From positions 1 through 60,976 of IMG/VR virus record IMGVR_UViG_3300042922_000323: DNA of 60,976 nucleotides; one strand, 5' to 3'. The notes below the pieces were generated by a model. The model was given only the letters and a program-made list of their open reading frames with translations, ran no database searches and was not told the origin of the DNA. The stretch comes from a virus (Duplodnaviria; Heunggongvirae; Uroviricota; Caudoviricetes). Numbering within the stretch: position 1 is the first letter of the stretch; every line of letters starts with the position of its first letter. This document shows, in pieces, positions 35,840-46,300 of this stretch. A program made the position numbers and the translations under genes.

Positions 35840-36555
35840 GTTCTCAACTCCTTACTCCGCCTGTCTGAGCCGTTCACTTCTATCACCATACCATTGCTTA
35901 GCAGACGAGATACGTTTCGTTTCCCTAGATTACCCCCATCTGCTAAATCCTTTAGGCTCAGATTGGACGTAGTCACGGTGGATAATACGTTATTGAACCT
36001 ATGGTTGAGTAATAAGAATGTCTGTTCTCTTGCAAAGTCTGACATTGTTCCCGCACCTAAATCATCAAGCATCAGGAGTGGAACATTCATTATATTGTTG
36101 AAACGCTCTTGTGTTCCTGTATCATCTTCCAAGTATCTTAAATCATCAATCAACCTGGCATAGTCTACATACATTGCTAGTGGGTGCTCAAAGTCAAACC
36201 TTGTTCCGCATGTTCTATAAATGTAGTGGTTTACAAATAAAGCCGCCGCATGTGTCTTTCCTGTTCCAGTATTACTGCCCTGAAAGAATACATTCAGCCC
36301 ACCATCAACTTCTTCAACTATGTTGTCTAGCAATGGCTTTATCTTTTCAAACACTTCCCTGTTCTTATCATCTACTTTGTAGTTGTAAAGGTTTGCTTGG
36401 AGATACCTTTTGGGTATCTCCGAAAACGCAAGAGCCTTATACATTCTAGCGTGCATACGGCAAAAGGAACTGTCTGTCTTCTCCACCTCGCCTTTGTATC
36501 GTGGACAAAATGCTTGTGCTAGGCACTTTGTACATTCCTCATAAGGTGCTGTCAT
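35836..36555 (-). CDS. DnaC/IstB-like AAA+ helicase loader
   Basis: G.NTGTGKT, LMLDDLG, HRFNN.LST..TSN. Confidence 0.88.
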   Translation of the reverse strand: MTAPYEECTKCLAQAFCPRYKGEVEKTDSSFCRMHARMYKALAFSEIPKRYLQANLYNYKVDDKNREVFEKIKPLLDNIVEEVDGGLNVFFQGSNTGTGKTHAAALFVNHYIYRTCGTRFDFEHPLAMYVDYARLIDDLRYLEDDTGTQERFNNIMNVPLLMLDDLGAGTMSDFAREQTFLLLNHRFNNVLSTVTTSNLSLKDLADGGNLGKRNVSRLLSNGMVIEVNGSDRRSKELRT

Positions 36556-37607
36556 TACAATCCCCTCTTTCTTAAAAAGTTCATTAAATCATCATCTTCA
36601 TCACTCTGTACTGGTTCATCAGGTTCTTCCCCTTTATCATCAAACCTAGTATAGAACTTACCAGTTGTCATGAAAGCTGTAATGGAGTTCTGAACATAAG
36701 TTCCGCAGAATCCACTAACGTAGTGTTTGGAGAACGCTTCGCCATGCTCAAAATAAATATCCATCATTGCTTTCAGTAACTCGTTGTTTCCCCTTTTCTC
36801 AATCGCTACACTAAGAGAACGTAAATCCCACCGTTCAGTGAAGTAAGGTGTTTTATACTTAGCTACATATAACTGCTCAAAGTACTTCATAAAATAATGA
36901 CAGTTCCATGTAAGCACAGGGTCATTCAAGTCAACCTTCTTTTTCTTCGGCTTGCTTACCTTATCTACATCTGCAACCTTATCAACTTCTTGACTCTTGC
37001 TTGGCTTAACATTTAGCTGTCGTCTTGGTGGTTCAGCAGGTAATGGTTCTTCTACTAGTTCCTCAGATTCCATCTGTTCACTACTTGCAAAATCCGAAAA
37101 CCATTGAGCTAATGTAGTCATGTAATGTTCGGGCTTAGTACAGCTATTTAAAGACTTGTACAAATCCGTTTTTTCATACTCAGCTACAGCCCTGTAAAAT
37201 TCATCCACTTGCTCTGTCCCTACAGGTTTAAGTGAATGAACCATTTCTGAATGTCTCAGCATTGGTATCCTATGTAATTCAATTAAGTGGTAAGTGTCTA
37301 CCGAATTTGCTGACCCCTTCTCAATGATTATGAAACCCTTATCCACAAGCTCCTTTAAATAGTTAAGCAACGTCTGCCTACTACATCGGAGTTTCCCCCT
37401 AAGAGTAGCCTGACTTGGGTGACACTCTTGTTTCTCCCAAGCATAAGCTTTTAAGCAGGTGTATAATTGCTTTGCCCCTAATGAAAGGAACATACAATCT
37501 GTTACCTTATTAGGAATCATTGAAAAGCCCTTATTTTCACCGTAATGCATCATAAAGCTTTCTTGTTGGTCACAAAGTTCAACCCTAAATTCCCCCAATA
37601 GCATCAC
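36555..37607 (-). CDS. replication initiator with N-terminal winged HTH
   Basis: LS.GAK.LY..L..YA...CHPSQATL...L.EL..KGFI; directly upstream of dnaC/dnaB. Confidence 0.75.
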   Translation of the reverse strand: MMLLGEFRVELCDQQESFMMHYGENKGFSMIPNKVTDCMFLSLGAKQLYTCLKAYAWEKQECHPSQATLRGKLRCSRQTLLNYLKELVDKGFIIIEKGSANSVDTYHLIELHRIPMLRHSEMVHSLKPVGTEQVDEFYRAVAEYEKTDLYKSLNSCTKPEHYMTTLAQWFSDFASSEQMESEELVEEPLPAEPPRRQLNVKPSKSQEVDKVADVDKVSKPKKKKVDLNDPVLTWNCHYFMKYFEQLYVAKYKTPYFTERWDLRSLSVAIEKRGNNELLKAMMDIYFEHGEAFSKHYVSGFCGTYVQNSITAFMTTGKFYTRFDDKGEEPDEPVQSDEDDDLMNFLRKRGL

Positions 37608-37629
37608 TCCCGTTTTACTTTTTCAAGAG

Positions 37630-37659
37630 ACTTATACGCACGGTCACGTACACAGTTAA
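37630..37659 (-). promoter_or_regulatory. phage-specific (middle) promoter motif
   Basis: TTAACT-N15-CGTATAAGT. Confidence 0.8.
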
Positions 37660-37682
37660 ATAAAATTTTAAAAAATTATTTA

Positions 37683-37712
37683 TTGACAATATTATCCTGG
37701 TGGGTTTATAAT
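37683..37712 (+). promoter_or_regulatory. SigA-type promoter of the recombinase
   Basis: TTGACA-N18-TATAAT. Confidence 0.8.
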
Positions 37713-37739
37713 ACGCTCATAATATAAATTATGGGCGGT
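37712..37739. other. dif-like tyrosine-recombinase site (11-6-11)
   Basis: TACGCTCATAA TATAAA TTATGGGCGGT; arms 8/11 inverted. Confidence 0.7.
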
Positions 37740-37745
37740 GATATT

Positions 37746-38588
37746 ATGAGTGCTGTGGATGACTTCAAACGCTACTTAGAAGTGGAACGCAGGGCATCGG
37801 CACATACTGTTGAAGGGTATATGACTGACCTAGTGCAGTTTTTCGACATTGTTAAGAAGGATATTGATAAGGTTGAGTCTGACGATATAACCCTATTTTT
37901 GGAGAAACTTGTAGAAAAAGGTCTGATAGTTTCTACTACTAATAGAAAGTTATCTTCGGTCAAAACTTTCTATAAATATCTTGTATTACATAAAGTATTG
38001 AAGTATGACCCCTCCTCACTGATACAGAGCGGCAAGCTAGAACAAAGACTTCCAAAACCTGTAGACTTAGAGGATATTAACTTAATTATTAACATAGTAG
38101 ATAATCTACGAGACAAGCTAATGTTTGAATTGCTGATCGGGTTGGGTGTAAGACGTGAGGAACTGGCGGGAATAAGGAAGAGTAACATTAATTATAGACG
38201 TGGGTATGTACGTGTGTTTGGTAAAGGAAACAAAGAGCGTATTGTTCCTGCCTATAAGAAAGCTCTGGACTTAGCACTAGAATATGGGAGTTCCCATAAT
38301 AGTCCGTGGTTGTTCTCAGGGCGTGACCCTTCTAATCATATCTCGGTAAGAAGGGTGAATGAACTGGTATCCTACTGGGTAGATAAAGCAGGGCTTTCAG
38401 GTAAGGGGATAACCCCTCATAAGTTTCGTCACTCATTTGGAACTTACCTATATGAAAATGGTGCTGATATAAGGGCAATACAGGACATGATGGGGCACGC
38501 TTCGATAGATACAACTAACAGGTACACCAAAGTATCCCTAAAACGTAATATAGAAGAATACAAAAAGTACCATCCAATGGCAAAATAA
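37746..38588 (+). CDS. XerC/XerD-like tyrosine recombinase
   Basis: S..T..GY, G.RREE, GKG.KER, TPHKFRHSF, GH....TT..Y; all catalytic residues present. Confidence 0.95.
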   Translation: MSAVDDFKRYLEVERRASAHTVEGYMTDLVQFFDIVKKDIDKVESDDITLFLEKLVEKGLIVSTTNRKLSSVKTFYKYLVLHKVLKYDPSSLIQSGKLEQRLPKPVDLEDINLIINIVDNLRDKLMFELLIGLGVRREELAGIRKSNINYRRGYVRVFGKGNKERIVPAYKKALDLALEYGSSHNSPWLFSGRDPSNHISVRRVNELVSYWVDKAGLSGKGITPHKFRHSFGTYLYENGADIRAIQDMMGHASIDTTNRYTKVSLKRNIEEYKKYHPMAK

Positions 38589-38620
38589 AAGAGAGGAGTC
38601 ACGCCCCTCTCTTTTATTTT
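38587..38620. terminator. bidirectional terminator
   Basis: AAAAGAGAGG-loop-CCTCTCTTTT. Confidence 0.8.
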
Positions 38621-40716
38621 GGAATGAAATTTGACCTTATCCAAACTCTTGGTAACTTTCTATCTTCGTAATCAAGTTCACCTTCATAATTAGGTCTCCA
38701 CCATCTTGCCCCCGTCTTAACTGTAGCACCACAGGAGAAGTGTGACCACTTAGCTTGTATAAATGCCGAAGACACTTTGTGGCTTCTGTAAAAACCATTT
38801 GCTACAAATGCTTGCCAATAACTATAGCTTGCATCAAACTGTCTTAAGTAAACTGAGCTTACCAGTGAACGGTTTTGGTAAACGTTAGCTTCACCGTAAA
38901 TATTTCTAGTTCTGGCTATCTGTGCTGAACCGTAATTCCCAGTAACATCACTACGTCTTCTAGTGACATACGCTTTTATGTCTTTATAATCCGAACGTCT
39001 TATAATACCGTTACCATATAGACCGAAGTAAGAACTAGCTACATCAATGCTACCAATCGTATCCTTTATATCTCCACGTCTTACTGTTGCTCTATCTTTA
39101 AAGTCTTTATCTCCGAACTGTCTTATTACCGCCGAAGCATAGTTCCAAGATGCCTGAGTCAAATCAGCAGTACCTGTAATGTTATTATTTACTCTCAGTG
39201 AGTAGTGACCAGGCAACCAAGCTTTCTGAGCCTCCGCACGTGAAGCAATATCTTTTGGAATGTATGCTCGTTTAAATGCCGTTGACACCATATCCACTGA
39301 CTTTCGGAGACTGTACTTGCTGTACACCCAAGGTTTATCTAAATAAGCCTTTGAACTTTTGTCTTCTTTAAAGCTATCTCTTACTATAACGCTACCTATT
39401 AGGTGGTCATCATGCAATCTAAGCGTAGCCTTACCTCGTAATGAAGGGTTAATGTAACCTTTACCACTCTCGTCTGAGTTGTCCAACCTTCTAATGACAA
39501 CACTGTTGAATGTGTAATTAGAGAATACTTTTTCTGCGTATGAAATCCAGTTATATCTAAGTACATAAGCACTACCATTCTTATCGTCAGTACCTTGGTC
39601 TGGTGGTATTATTGCAATACCAAACATATCTCTTCTAGCTAATATGTTGGCTGAACTGTTTCCTAAAGAAGTATTTTTAAAACCTGAACCCTGTAAATCA
39701 CTTCTCGCTTTGATGAAAGCACTACCAGTAGTATAGCTACTTACAACAGTTTCAGCTATACCAGTCATGAATGGTCTGTTTTTCCAAACCGCCGACTCTA
39801 CCAGTGAAGGGTCTCTCTTTAGAGCATAACCACTCAAATAGGACTTTTCACGTAAGCGGTAGCTGTTATAGAAATCCTTATATTGTCCTGCCACGATTGT
39901 AGCATGACCTGCTAGGAAAGATTCACTAGTGTAACCTGTCCAAGAAGGGTCAGTATACCTAGCTATTACTCTTGGTGAAGTTCCAGACTCTTTGGAATTA
40001 AGAAGTATAAAGTCATCACTCTTAATAACTATATTAAACTTGGTTATACCCTTAACGACTAGCTCCCTTATGTAATCAACTACATCTATTTCTACCTGGC
40101 TACCTGTAACTTGCTGAGTAAACACTGGTTGGGTAGAAAGTGACGTTGAATTTATCCACATAAGGTAATTTTCATGCCATGTAGTGTAGCACTCATAGAT
40201 TTTAATTGTTCCATTGGTTGTTGCCTGTTTTCCTATTAGGAACTTTATAGAAAGTACATTCATATCAGTCGTAAGTAGCTCTGCAATATCAGCTATGTCA
40301 ATCTCAATGAATGTATTATAAGTCCCGTCCGCCGCCTGTCCCGCAACTAGAGTTTGAGAACTGCCGTAGTTAAGTGTTGGTTTCGCCTGTCTTGTATAAG
40401 TATCTTTCAGAGCACTTTCAACTATTTCTAATACGGGTGGTTGGATAAGCGACAGCTTAATGTCCATCTGGTTGCTGTCGGAAACTTTAGCAATACCCCG
40501 ATGTGCTTGGTCTATATAAGGGTTATAGGCATTACCGAAGAACCTGTCATAATGAACAGGTTCAACGAAGGCAGTGCCTATTACATCTCTAAATCCTAAT
40601 TTGTATGCTTCTGCTGTAATAACATTTTCTGCTAAACCATAGGGGACATTAAACTGTATGTCCATGGTATTAACTTCTCGTATTACAGCAGAACACACAA
40701 AGTTCTTATCCGCCAT
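38614..40716 (-). CDS. virion protein with DNRLRE-like domain and repetitive beta-rich tail
   Basis: KDTY...PTLNYGSS..L..G...TFI.ID; periodic G.A.V/I segments. Confidence 0.65.
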   Translation of the reverse strand: MADKNFVCSAVIREVNTMDIQFNVPYGLAENVITAEAYKLGFRDVIGTAFVEPVHYDRFFGNAYNPYIDQAHRGIAKVSDSNQMDIKLSLIQPPVLEIVESALKDTYTRQAKPTLNYGSSQTLVAGQAADGTYNTFIEIDIADIAELLTTDMNVLSIKFLIGKQATTNGTIKIYECYTTWHENYLMWINSTSLSTQPVFTQQVTGSQVEIDVVDYIRELVVKGITKFNIVIKSDDFILLNSKESGTSPRVIARYTDPSWTGYTSESFLAGHATIVAGQYKDFYNSYRLREKSYLSGYALKRDPSLVESAVWKNRPFMTGIAETVVSSYTTGSAFIKARSDLQGSGFKNTSLGNSSANILARRDMFGIAIIPPDQGTDDKNGSAYVLRYNWISYAEKVFSNYTFNSVVIRRLDNSDESGKGYINPSLRGKATLRLHDDHLIGSVIVRDSFKEDKSSKAYLDKPWVYSKYSLRKSVDMVSTAFKRAYIPKDIASRAEAQKAWLPGHYSLRVNNNITGTADLTQASWNYASAVIRQFGDKDFKDRATVRRGDIKDTIGSIDVASSYFGLYGNGIIRRSDYKDIKAYVTRRRSDVTGNYGSAQIARTRNIYGEANVYQNRSLVSSVYLRQFDASYSYWQAFVANGFYRSHKVSSAFIQAKWSHFSCGATVKTGARWWRPNYEGELDYEDRKLPRVWIRSNFIPK

Positions 40717-40730
40717 TACTTATCTCTCCT

Positions 40731-42560
40731 TTACACAGGTCGCCCCGATAGGGTAATCTGGAAAGTATCGTTACCTACAGTAGTTAGAGTAGGCTTCACT
40801 CTTATATAGATTAGCCTTTTTTCACTAGGTCTTAACCTAAATGAGAGTGGGTAAACAGGGCTAAAATGTTCATCTGGTGTTAAGCTCATTTCAACTATGG
40901 TCTTTTCATTATCTACTGGCGCATCTGGTAGAAGGGCGTATGTAGATAATTCTTTTGCGGGAGCACCATTTTTAGTAGCCCTAAGTGCTACATCGAAGGT
41001 TTCGTTTTCGTATGAGTTTATAACCTCAAAACCATATATAGGGGAAGTCTTACCACCTATACAAGTACCCATTGTAAGCGGCTTTAACTTTATACGATCT
41101 GGCGTTGTGTAAAAGTCGTAGTCTACAACTTCACTATCGTAAGATAGTCCTTCTGCCAATTTTAAAGTGTACGTATCATTAACTAATACATTTCTATACC
41201 CTAAATCTGGTACTGGTATGTTTATACTTGTTGTATCAGTGGACTCCACAATAGCTGTGTAATCAATGTTTATATGGTCAACACTTGGAGAAGAATCTAA
41301 GTTTGTGTTCATCAAATAAATAATCACATCTAAAGTATTCGAGGAATTTTCCCATATCATTAAGTCCCATTGCCCCGAAATTATTGATTGTACTTGGGTT
41401 CTAGTCATCCCTCTCGTGGCTAATTCGTCCAGGGTGATATAAGTCCAACCATCTTCATATACTTCCCACGAAGTCTTACCATCCCGTGAAAAAGCGTATC
41501 GTATATCAGCCCCCACAGGCACAGTTTGCTGAATAGTTACACTATTTATTCTTATCCAGTCCCTAGTATCATAATGGTTAGCGTAAGTTTGTATATAGTA
41601 ATTCCCCAACTGGAATGTTTCGGGGAGCGTAACACTAATGGAATCCACATATGAAGTATTTAAATAGTAATTTGACTTTAAAGCAATCTTAATATGCAGT
41701 GTCCCCGCTACAAATACTTCTCTAAATTGTGCCAGTGAAATTGCTTCTAATTGGCTTTTAGTCATTCCTTGATTATATACATCAGTTACTGGAAGCCATC
41801 CGCCAGAAGCTCTTGACATAAATGTTACCCCACCATCAAAAGATACGGCATAAAATACCTCATTTGTATATACAGTAGTATTAATTTGTCTAGTATTACT
41901 ATCTGCCATAACCAAAATCTGTGGTGAAGATAACAAATTCACATATGACATAGCTGGTATTTCTAACATACCATAACTATCAAACATAACTTTAGTAACG
42001 GGGGCGTTTCCTGCGTCTGCCCAAGTAGTACCGTTTAAATACTTTATCTTAGTTCCTTCCTGGAGTAGACACAAAAAAGCTAACTCTTTAGTGTAAACGG
42101 TTTTAATGCTTGTGTCAGCAGCCTGTCCCGAAACTGTATATGATTTTAACAAGGCGTTATTTTCATCATAGACTTCCATTACAAAACCACTAACACCACC
42201 ATAGCCACTAGCATAGTTACTAAACTCTACTTTAGCGAGGGCTTTTAACGGAGTAGTAAATGTAACTGTAATTACCCCAGTCCCCGCCGCACCTTGCGTC
42301 AACCAGTGGTTATATATTCTAATATCTGAACCAACAGTATGCGTAAAGGCATGTCCCAAGAAACCATATGAAGCGTAATATGCCGCAACACTGGAAGTAG
42401 CAGTAATATTAGGAGAGACATATGTGGAATTATTAATGGTCTCAGTACCACCAGGCACTACAACGGATGTTGGTGTAGTATAAAATTTACATTGTCCAAA
42501 TGCAATCATATTACTATAATTTATTATCCAAGATTTTAGAACTATTTTCTTTATAGCCAT
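40731..42560 (-). CDS. tail/baseplate-associated protein
   Basis: Duplicated YAVSFDGG.T/YAFSRDGKTSW...GMT..Q units; structural module. Confidence 0.6.
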   Translation of the reverse strand: MAIKKIVLKSWIINYSNMIAFGQCKFYTTPTSVVVPGGTETINNSTYVSPNITATSSVAAYYASYGFLGHAFTHTVGSDIRIYNHWLTQGAAGTGVITVTFTTPLKALAKVEFSNYASGYGGVSGFVMEVYDENNALLKSYTVSGQAADTSIKTVYTKELAFLCLLQEGTKIKYLNGTTWADAGNAPVTKVMFDSYGMLEIPAMSYVNLLSSPQILVMADSNTRQINTTVYTNEVFYAVSFDGGVTFMSRASGGWLPVTDVYNQGMTKSQLEAISLAQFREVFVAGTLHIKIALKSNYYLNTSYVDSISVTLPETFQLGNYYIQTYANHYDTRDWIRINSVTIQQTVPVGADIRYAFSRDGKTSWEVYEDGWTYITLDELATRGMTRTQVQSIISGQWDLMIWENSSNTLDVIIYLMNTNLDSSPSVDHINIDYTAIVESTDTTSINIPVPDLGYRNVLVNDTYTLKLAEGLSYDSEVVDYDFYTTPDRIKLKPLTMGTCIGGKTSPIYGFEVINSYENETFDVALRATKNGAPAKELSTYALLPDAPVDNEKTIVEMSLTPDEHFSPVYPLSFRLRPSEKRLIYIRVKPTLTTVGNDTFQITLSGRPV

Positions 42561-42561
42561 A

Positions 42562-43305
42562 CTATATTACCTCCATCTTTGTAGCATGTTTATTAACAGG
42601 AAAAGTCCATAGCTGTTTTGTACCTAACACCCCGCCATCATTCATATTATCATTTAAAACTATTGAGTTTGTTGTAGTACTATCCACAATTGTGATACTT
42701 GTTATTGTATATTTACCCGAAGTATTTACTGGCAGCGTTACTATCTCCTGAATATCAAGGGGGTAAGTATAGCTTAAATCTGGCGTGCTTAATGTCTTTA
42801 CATCTGTAACTTCTGTTAGCCCTGTTAGCCTTTCAGACTTTAACAATATATTATATTCATCATAAAATTCTATTGTAACGGCAGTAAACCCTCCGTAAGT
42901 TCGTGTATATGCAAAATTACAAAACTCTACTTTAAATAGTAAAGGTATCGGGTTTGTAAACGTTACAGTGTGGGTTGTTGCTCCCGACCATGTACACCAT
43001 GCTCCCCATCCAGGTTCAAAATCTGGACTACCCTGGGGTGCTTGAGGCTCATTAGTATTAAATCCTTTAAGTACACTCCATCTGGCATCCGAAGTATCTG
43101 TGTTAGCGTAGTAAATATTTGTACTTGTAATACTCATATTACTCGCAACACCAGAAAGTCTGGTATCAGATGAAATAGTACCTATTGGCAAGAATGAGGT
43201 AGGGCTGTTATAAAACCTTACCCCATTCAAATAACCAAAGTCTCCTTTACCATTATAGTTACCAACATTAGTAAAGTTTTTAAAAATGACCTTTTTAACA
43301 CTCAT
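42562..43305 (-). CDS. tail-associated protein
   Basis: N-terminus parallels the 40731 gene (M..KK......N...; VTFT.P..L.KVEF.N). Confidence 0.6.
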   Translation of the reverse strand: MSVKKVIFKNFTNVGNYNGKGDFGYLNGVRFYNSPTSFLPIGTISSDTRLSGVASNMSITSTNIYYANTDTSDARWSVLKGFNTNEPQAPQGSPDFEPGWGAWCTWSGATTHTVTFTNPIPLLFKVEFCNFAYTRTYGGFTAVTIEFYDEYNILLKSERLTGLTEVTDVKTLSTPDLSYTYPLDIQEIVTLPVNTSGKYTITSITIVDSTTTNSIVLNDNMNDGGVLGTKQLWTFPVNKHATKMEVI

Positions 43306-43306
43306 C

Positions 43307-46300
43307 TTATATGACCTCCATTGGTTTCACAGCTAATTTTCCATCTTTTAACCAAACTAGACTTGTTGTTGTATAGCCATCCATTGTTGAGAAGTCCAAT
43401 GAGGTATCAGTCATGTAGGGTGATGAAGCAAGCTTAACAACACCACTAACGAATACTGTCTTACTATCATCTTGTTGTGTAAACAATGGTTCATCAACTG
43501 TATCAAAGTCTAGCAAATCGCTCTGGTCTTCAATCTGTATATAGTGTATAACTACTTTATAGTAGTAAGTACCTTTAGTTACCGTGTTATCTACAAAGGA
43601 AGTAACATTCCTATTTGTGGTACTGAACACCTCGGTAGCATTTGAGAAATTTGCTGTAGTTGACCTTAATACAACTGTTTTACTATATGCATGTGTCTTA
43701 ATTAGTATAAGCGGTCTCCACTCAATAATAACCCTATTACCAAATACTTGTGCTGGCTGACTTAATATTGTTGACTGGTATTCAACGTCAAGCTTGTTGT
43801 TAAATAGGTCAATATCTAAAGAGAATCCCGCTGAGTAAATTGCTATCCCAAAAATCTCACTGCCTAAAATTTTACTTATTAATGCTGTTGCATCAATATC
43901 TGTTAGCCCTGTGTTATTTGTAACATTGACTGTAACTGCATTATTTATATCAATATTAGGTAATGAATTCATAGTTACGGTATTTGAAGACCAATTAGTA
44001 ATAATTGGTGCAACTTTCATACTTCCTGTTGTACCATTACCATTTATTAAATTGAGCATCAGGGATGAACCCCTAATATAGCCTTTAGACAAATCAGCAT
44101 TTTCAACTTTAATATAAGCTACATACTCCCCGCCAGCCTTTAAGGAAGTGGTGTTATTAAAACACTGTGCATTGGAAATATAAAAGCTATCCATATCCTT
44201 ACGAATAACTTTTATTGTTGTCCAGTTTTTGATTCCAGACGTAACATCTTTACATTCCACTTTAATTGTATTACTGCCTATATTAAATACTTCTTTAGGT
44301 ATTTGCTTGTTAATTAAAGCAGGTGTAGGTATAGAATCTGACCAATTGTACACTATAGAACCATTGATTAAAATTCTATACATTATATCATCGTTTTCAG
44401 TATCCGTTATTGTTCCTGTAACAGTAACATCATCATAGAAAGCTGAGTTGTCTACTACTAAAGATAACTTTGGCAGGGCATTTAGCATTTCTACAACAAG
44501 CATTGGTCTTAAACCATATGCCGAAGATAATGAAGTTGTAACAGCTTCAACTCTATAAGATGCTGTTGAATTTCCTCTAGCGGCTCTATAATTAGTATTG
44601 GTGGAAGAAGTTGTCGAAGTCCATGAATATAATCCACTCCAATTCCATACTGTATTGTCACCTGCGGGAATCTTACCATCTAAAGTTGATTCAACAATTA
44701 TTTTATCCCATTCGTTGCTTTTATCCGTTGCTGAAATTCCCCCAGACAGTAACCTCGTAGTGAACTTATACCGTGGAGTATCTTTGTACATAATTAATTC
44801 ACCTACAATTAAATCAACTGTGCCATCATATCCTCCGTTAGCTGTTATATTTAATCTATATTTTGAGTAGTCCGAAGGGTTTGAAATTTCAAATTCTTTT
44901 TTCGCTCCTACTGTCCAAGTAATACCTACTCTTGTGTCTAATACAACCCACTGGCTACCATCCCATCCTTCAAATGTCCAGTCTTTTGGAGATGCTGTCG
45001 GATAGTTTGTGTTATCCCATATTTCATAAGAGGTTACTTCTGTTGGAATCTTAAAATCATAACCTATGTACCCACTTTTATTTACAGATGCCCACGTATC
45101 GTTGTTTGAATAAACACTTCCACCATTGAAGGCTCTCCATCCTGCCGTATTAGCCGAATAAGCATCACTCACTATAACATTACCATCATCTGCTGTCAGT
45201 ATGGGGTTTACTCGAAACTTAGTAGGTAATCCGCTTATTATTCCAACAGAATTCAATGTATCCCAATTAATTGAATGTTGTAAGTTTCTATCAGCAACAA
45301 ATAACTTCCTACCTAAATGGTCATATCCAACAAATACCCAATAAAAAGCGCCATTAGGTGTGGCAGTAGGAGTAAGGGGAAGAACTGGCTTTAATCCATC
45401 ACCAATCAATTCTAGCTCAGTTATACCGACATGATTATAACCACCATTTGCGGTAATATATATTCTATAATACTCAAATGTTTGAGGTGAAGCGATATTG
45501 AATGTTTTTGTTTCCCCAGCCACAGTGCTCGAACCAAAACTACTATAAGTTATATCTGTTCTAACATCTAAATCTATCCAGTCTACATCATTGTTCGAGC
45601 CTTGCAATTTAAAGTCCTTCGGGCCACTTCCAGTACCCCAATAAGGCGTTATCTTATAGGAATTTATAGTTCTTGGTTTAGTAAATGCTACTTTTAACCA
45701 ATGATACCTGGCGGCAGCCATGCCACCACCAACCCAAGCACTTTCACCTACATTATTTCTGTTAAAAGCTAAATAAGCCATATAACCTGTGTACTCGTTA
45801 CTTGCGGACACTACTACCTCTGGACTTGAAGTATTTGAAGTCAGGACAGGAACACAGCTAGAATTCGGTGCTATACCCATCCCTGTCCCTAATTCTCCAA
45901 AACTTCCAAAAGCTCCTGAAGATGCGGCATAGTGGCATGAAATCAAATCACCAATATCAGTAACTTCTTCTAAAGAATTTTTTACTGGTAGCATATCCGT
46001 AATCAATCTTACGAGTTTACCATTATCATCTATGTCGATACAGTCAAAATACAAAGGATTGAATGACCCATTAGTACCTTGGTTAATAGTGACTGTATGA
46101 AGTCCAAAAGATAGGTTGAGCTTCTCATATGCTATTCCAAAATTTGTAAGAGCATACTGACAAGTAAATTTCTCTGTTGCCCCGTCTATTACAATAGTAC
46201 CATTATCAAAATAACCAGGGTGTAAATAAGAGTAAACCCTTAATTTTGAACCTATAAATTTGAAAGAAACACTTGACGTAGAGTAATTATTAGAGCCACT

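Noticed and set aside
36950-37347. DnaA boxes/iterons inside the initiator gene (TTATCCACA at 37339-37347; two VDKV-coding ACCTTATC repeats)
   Set aside because: One perfect 9-mer is expected by chance in 61 kb of AT-rich DNA, and the repeats are explained by protein sequence.
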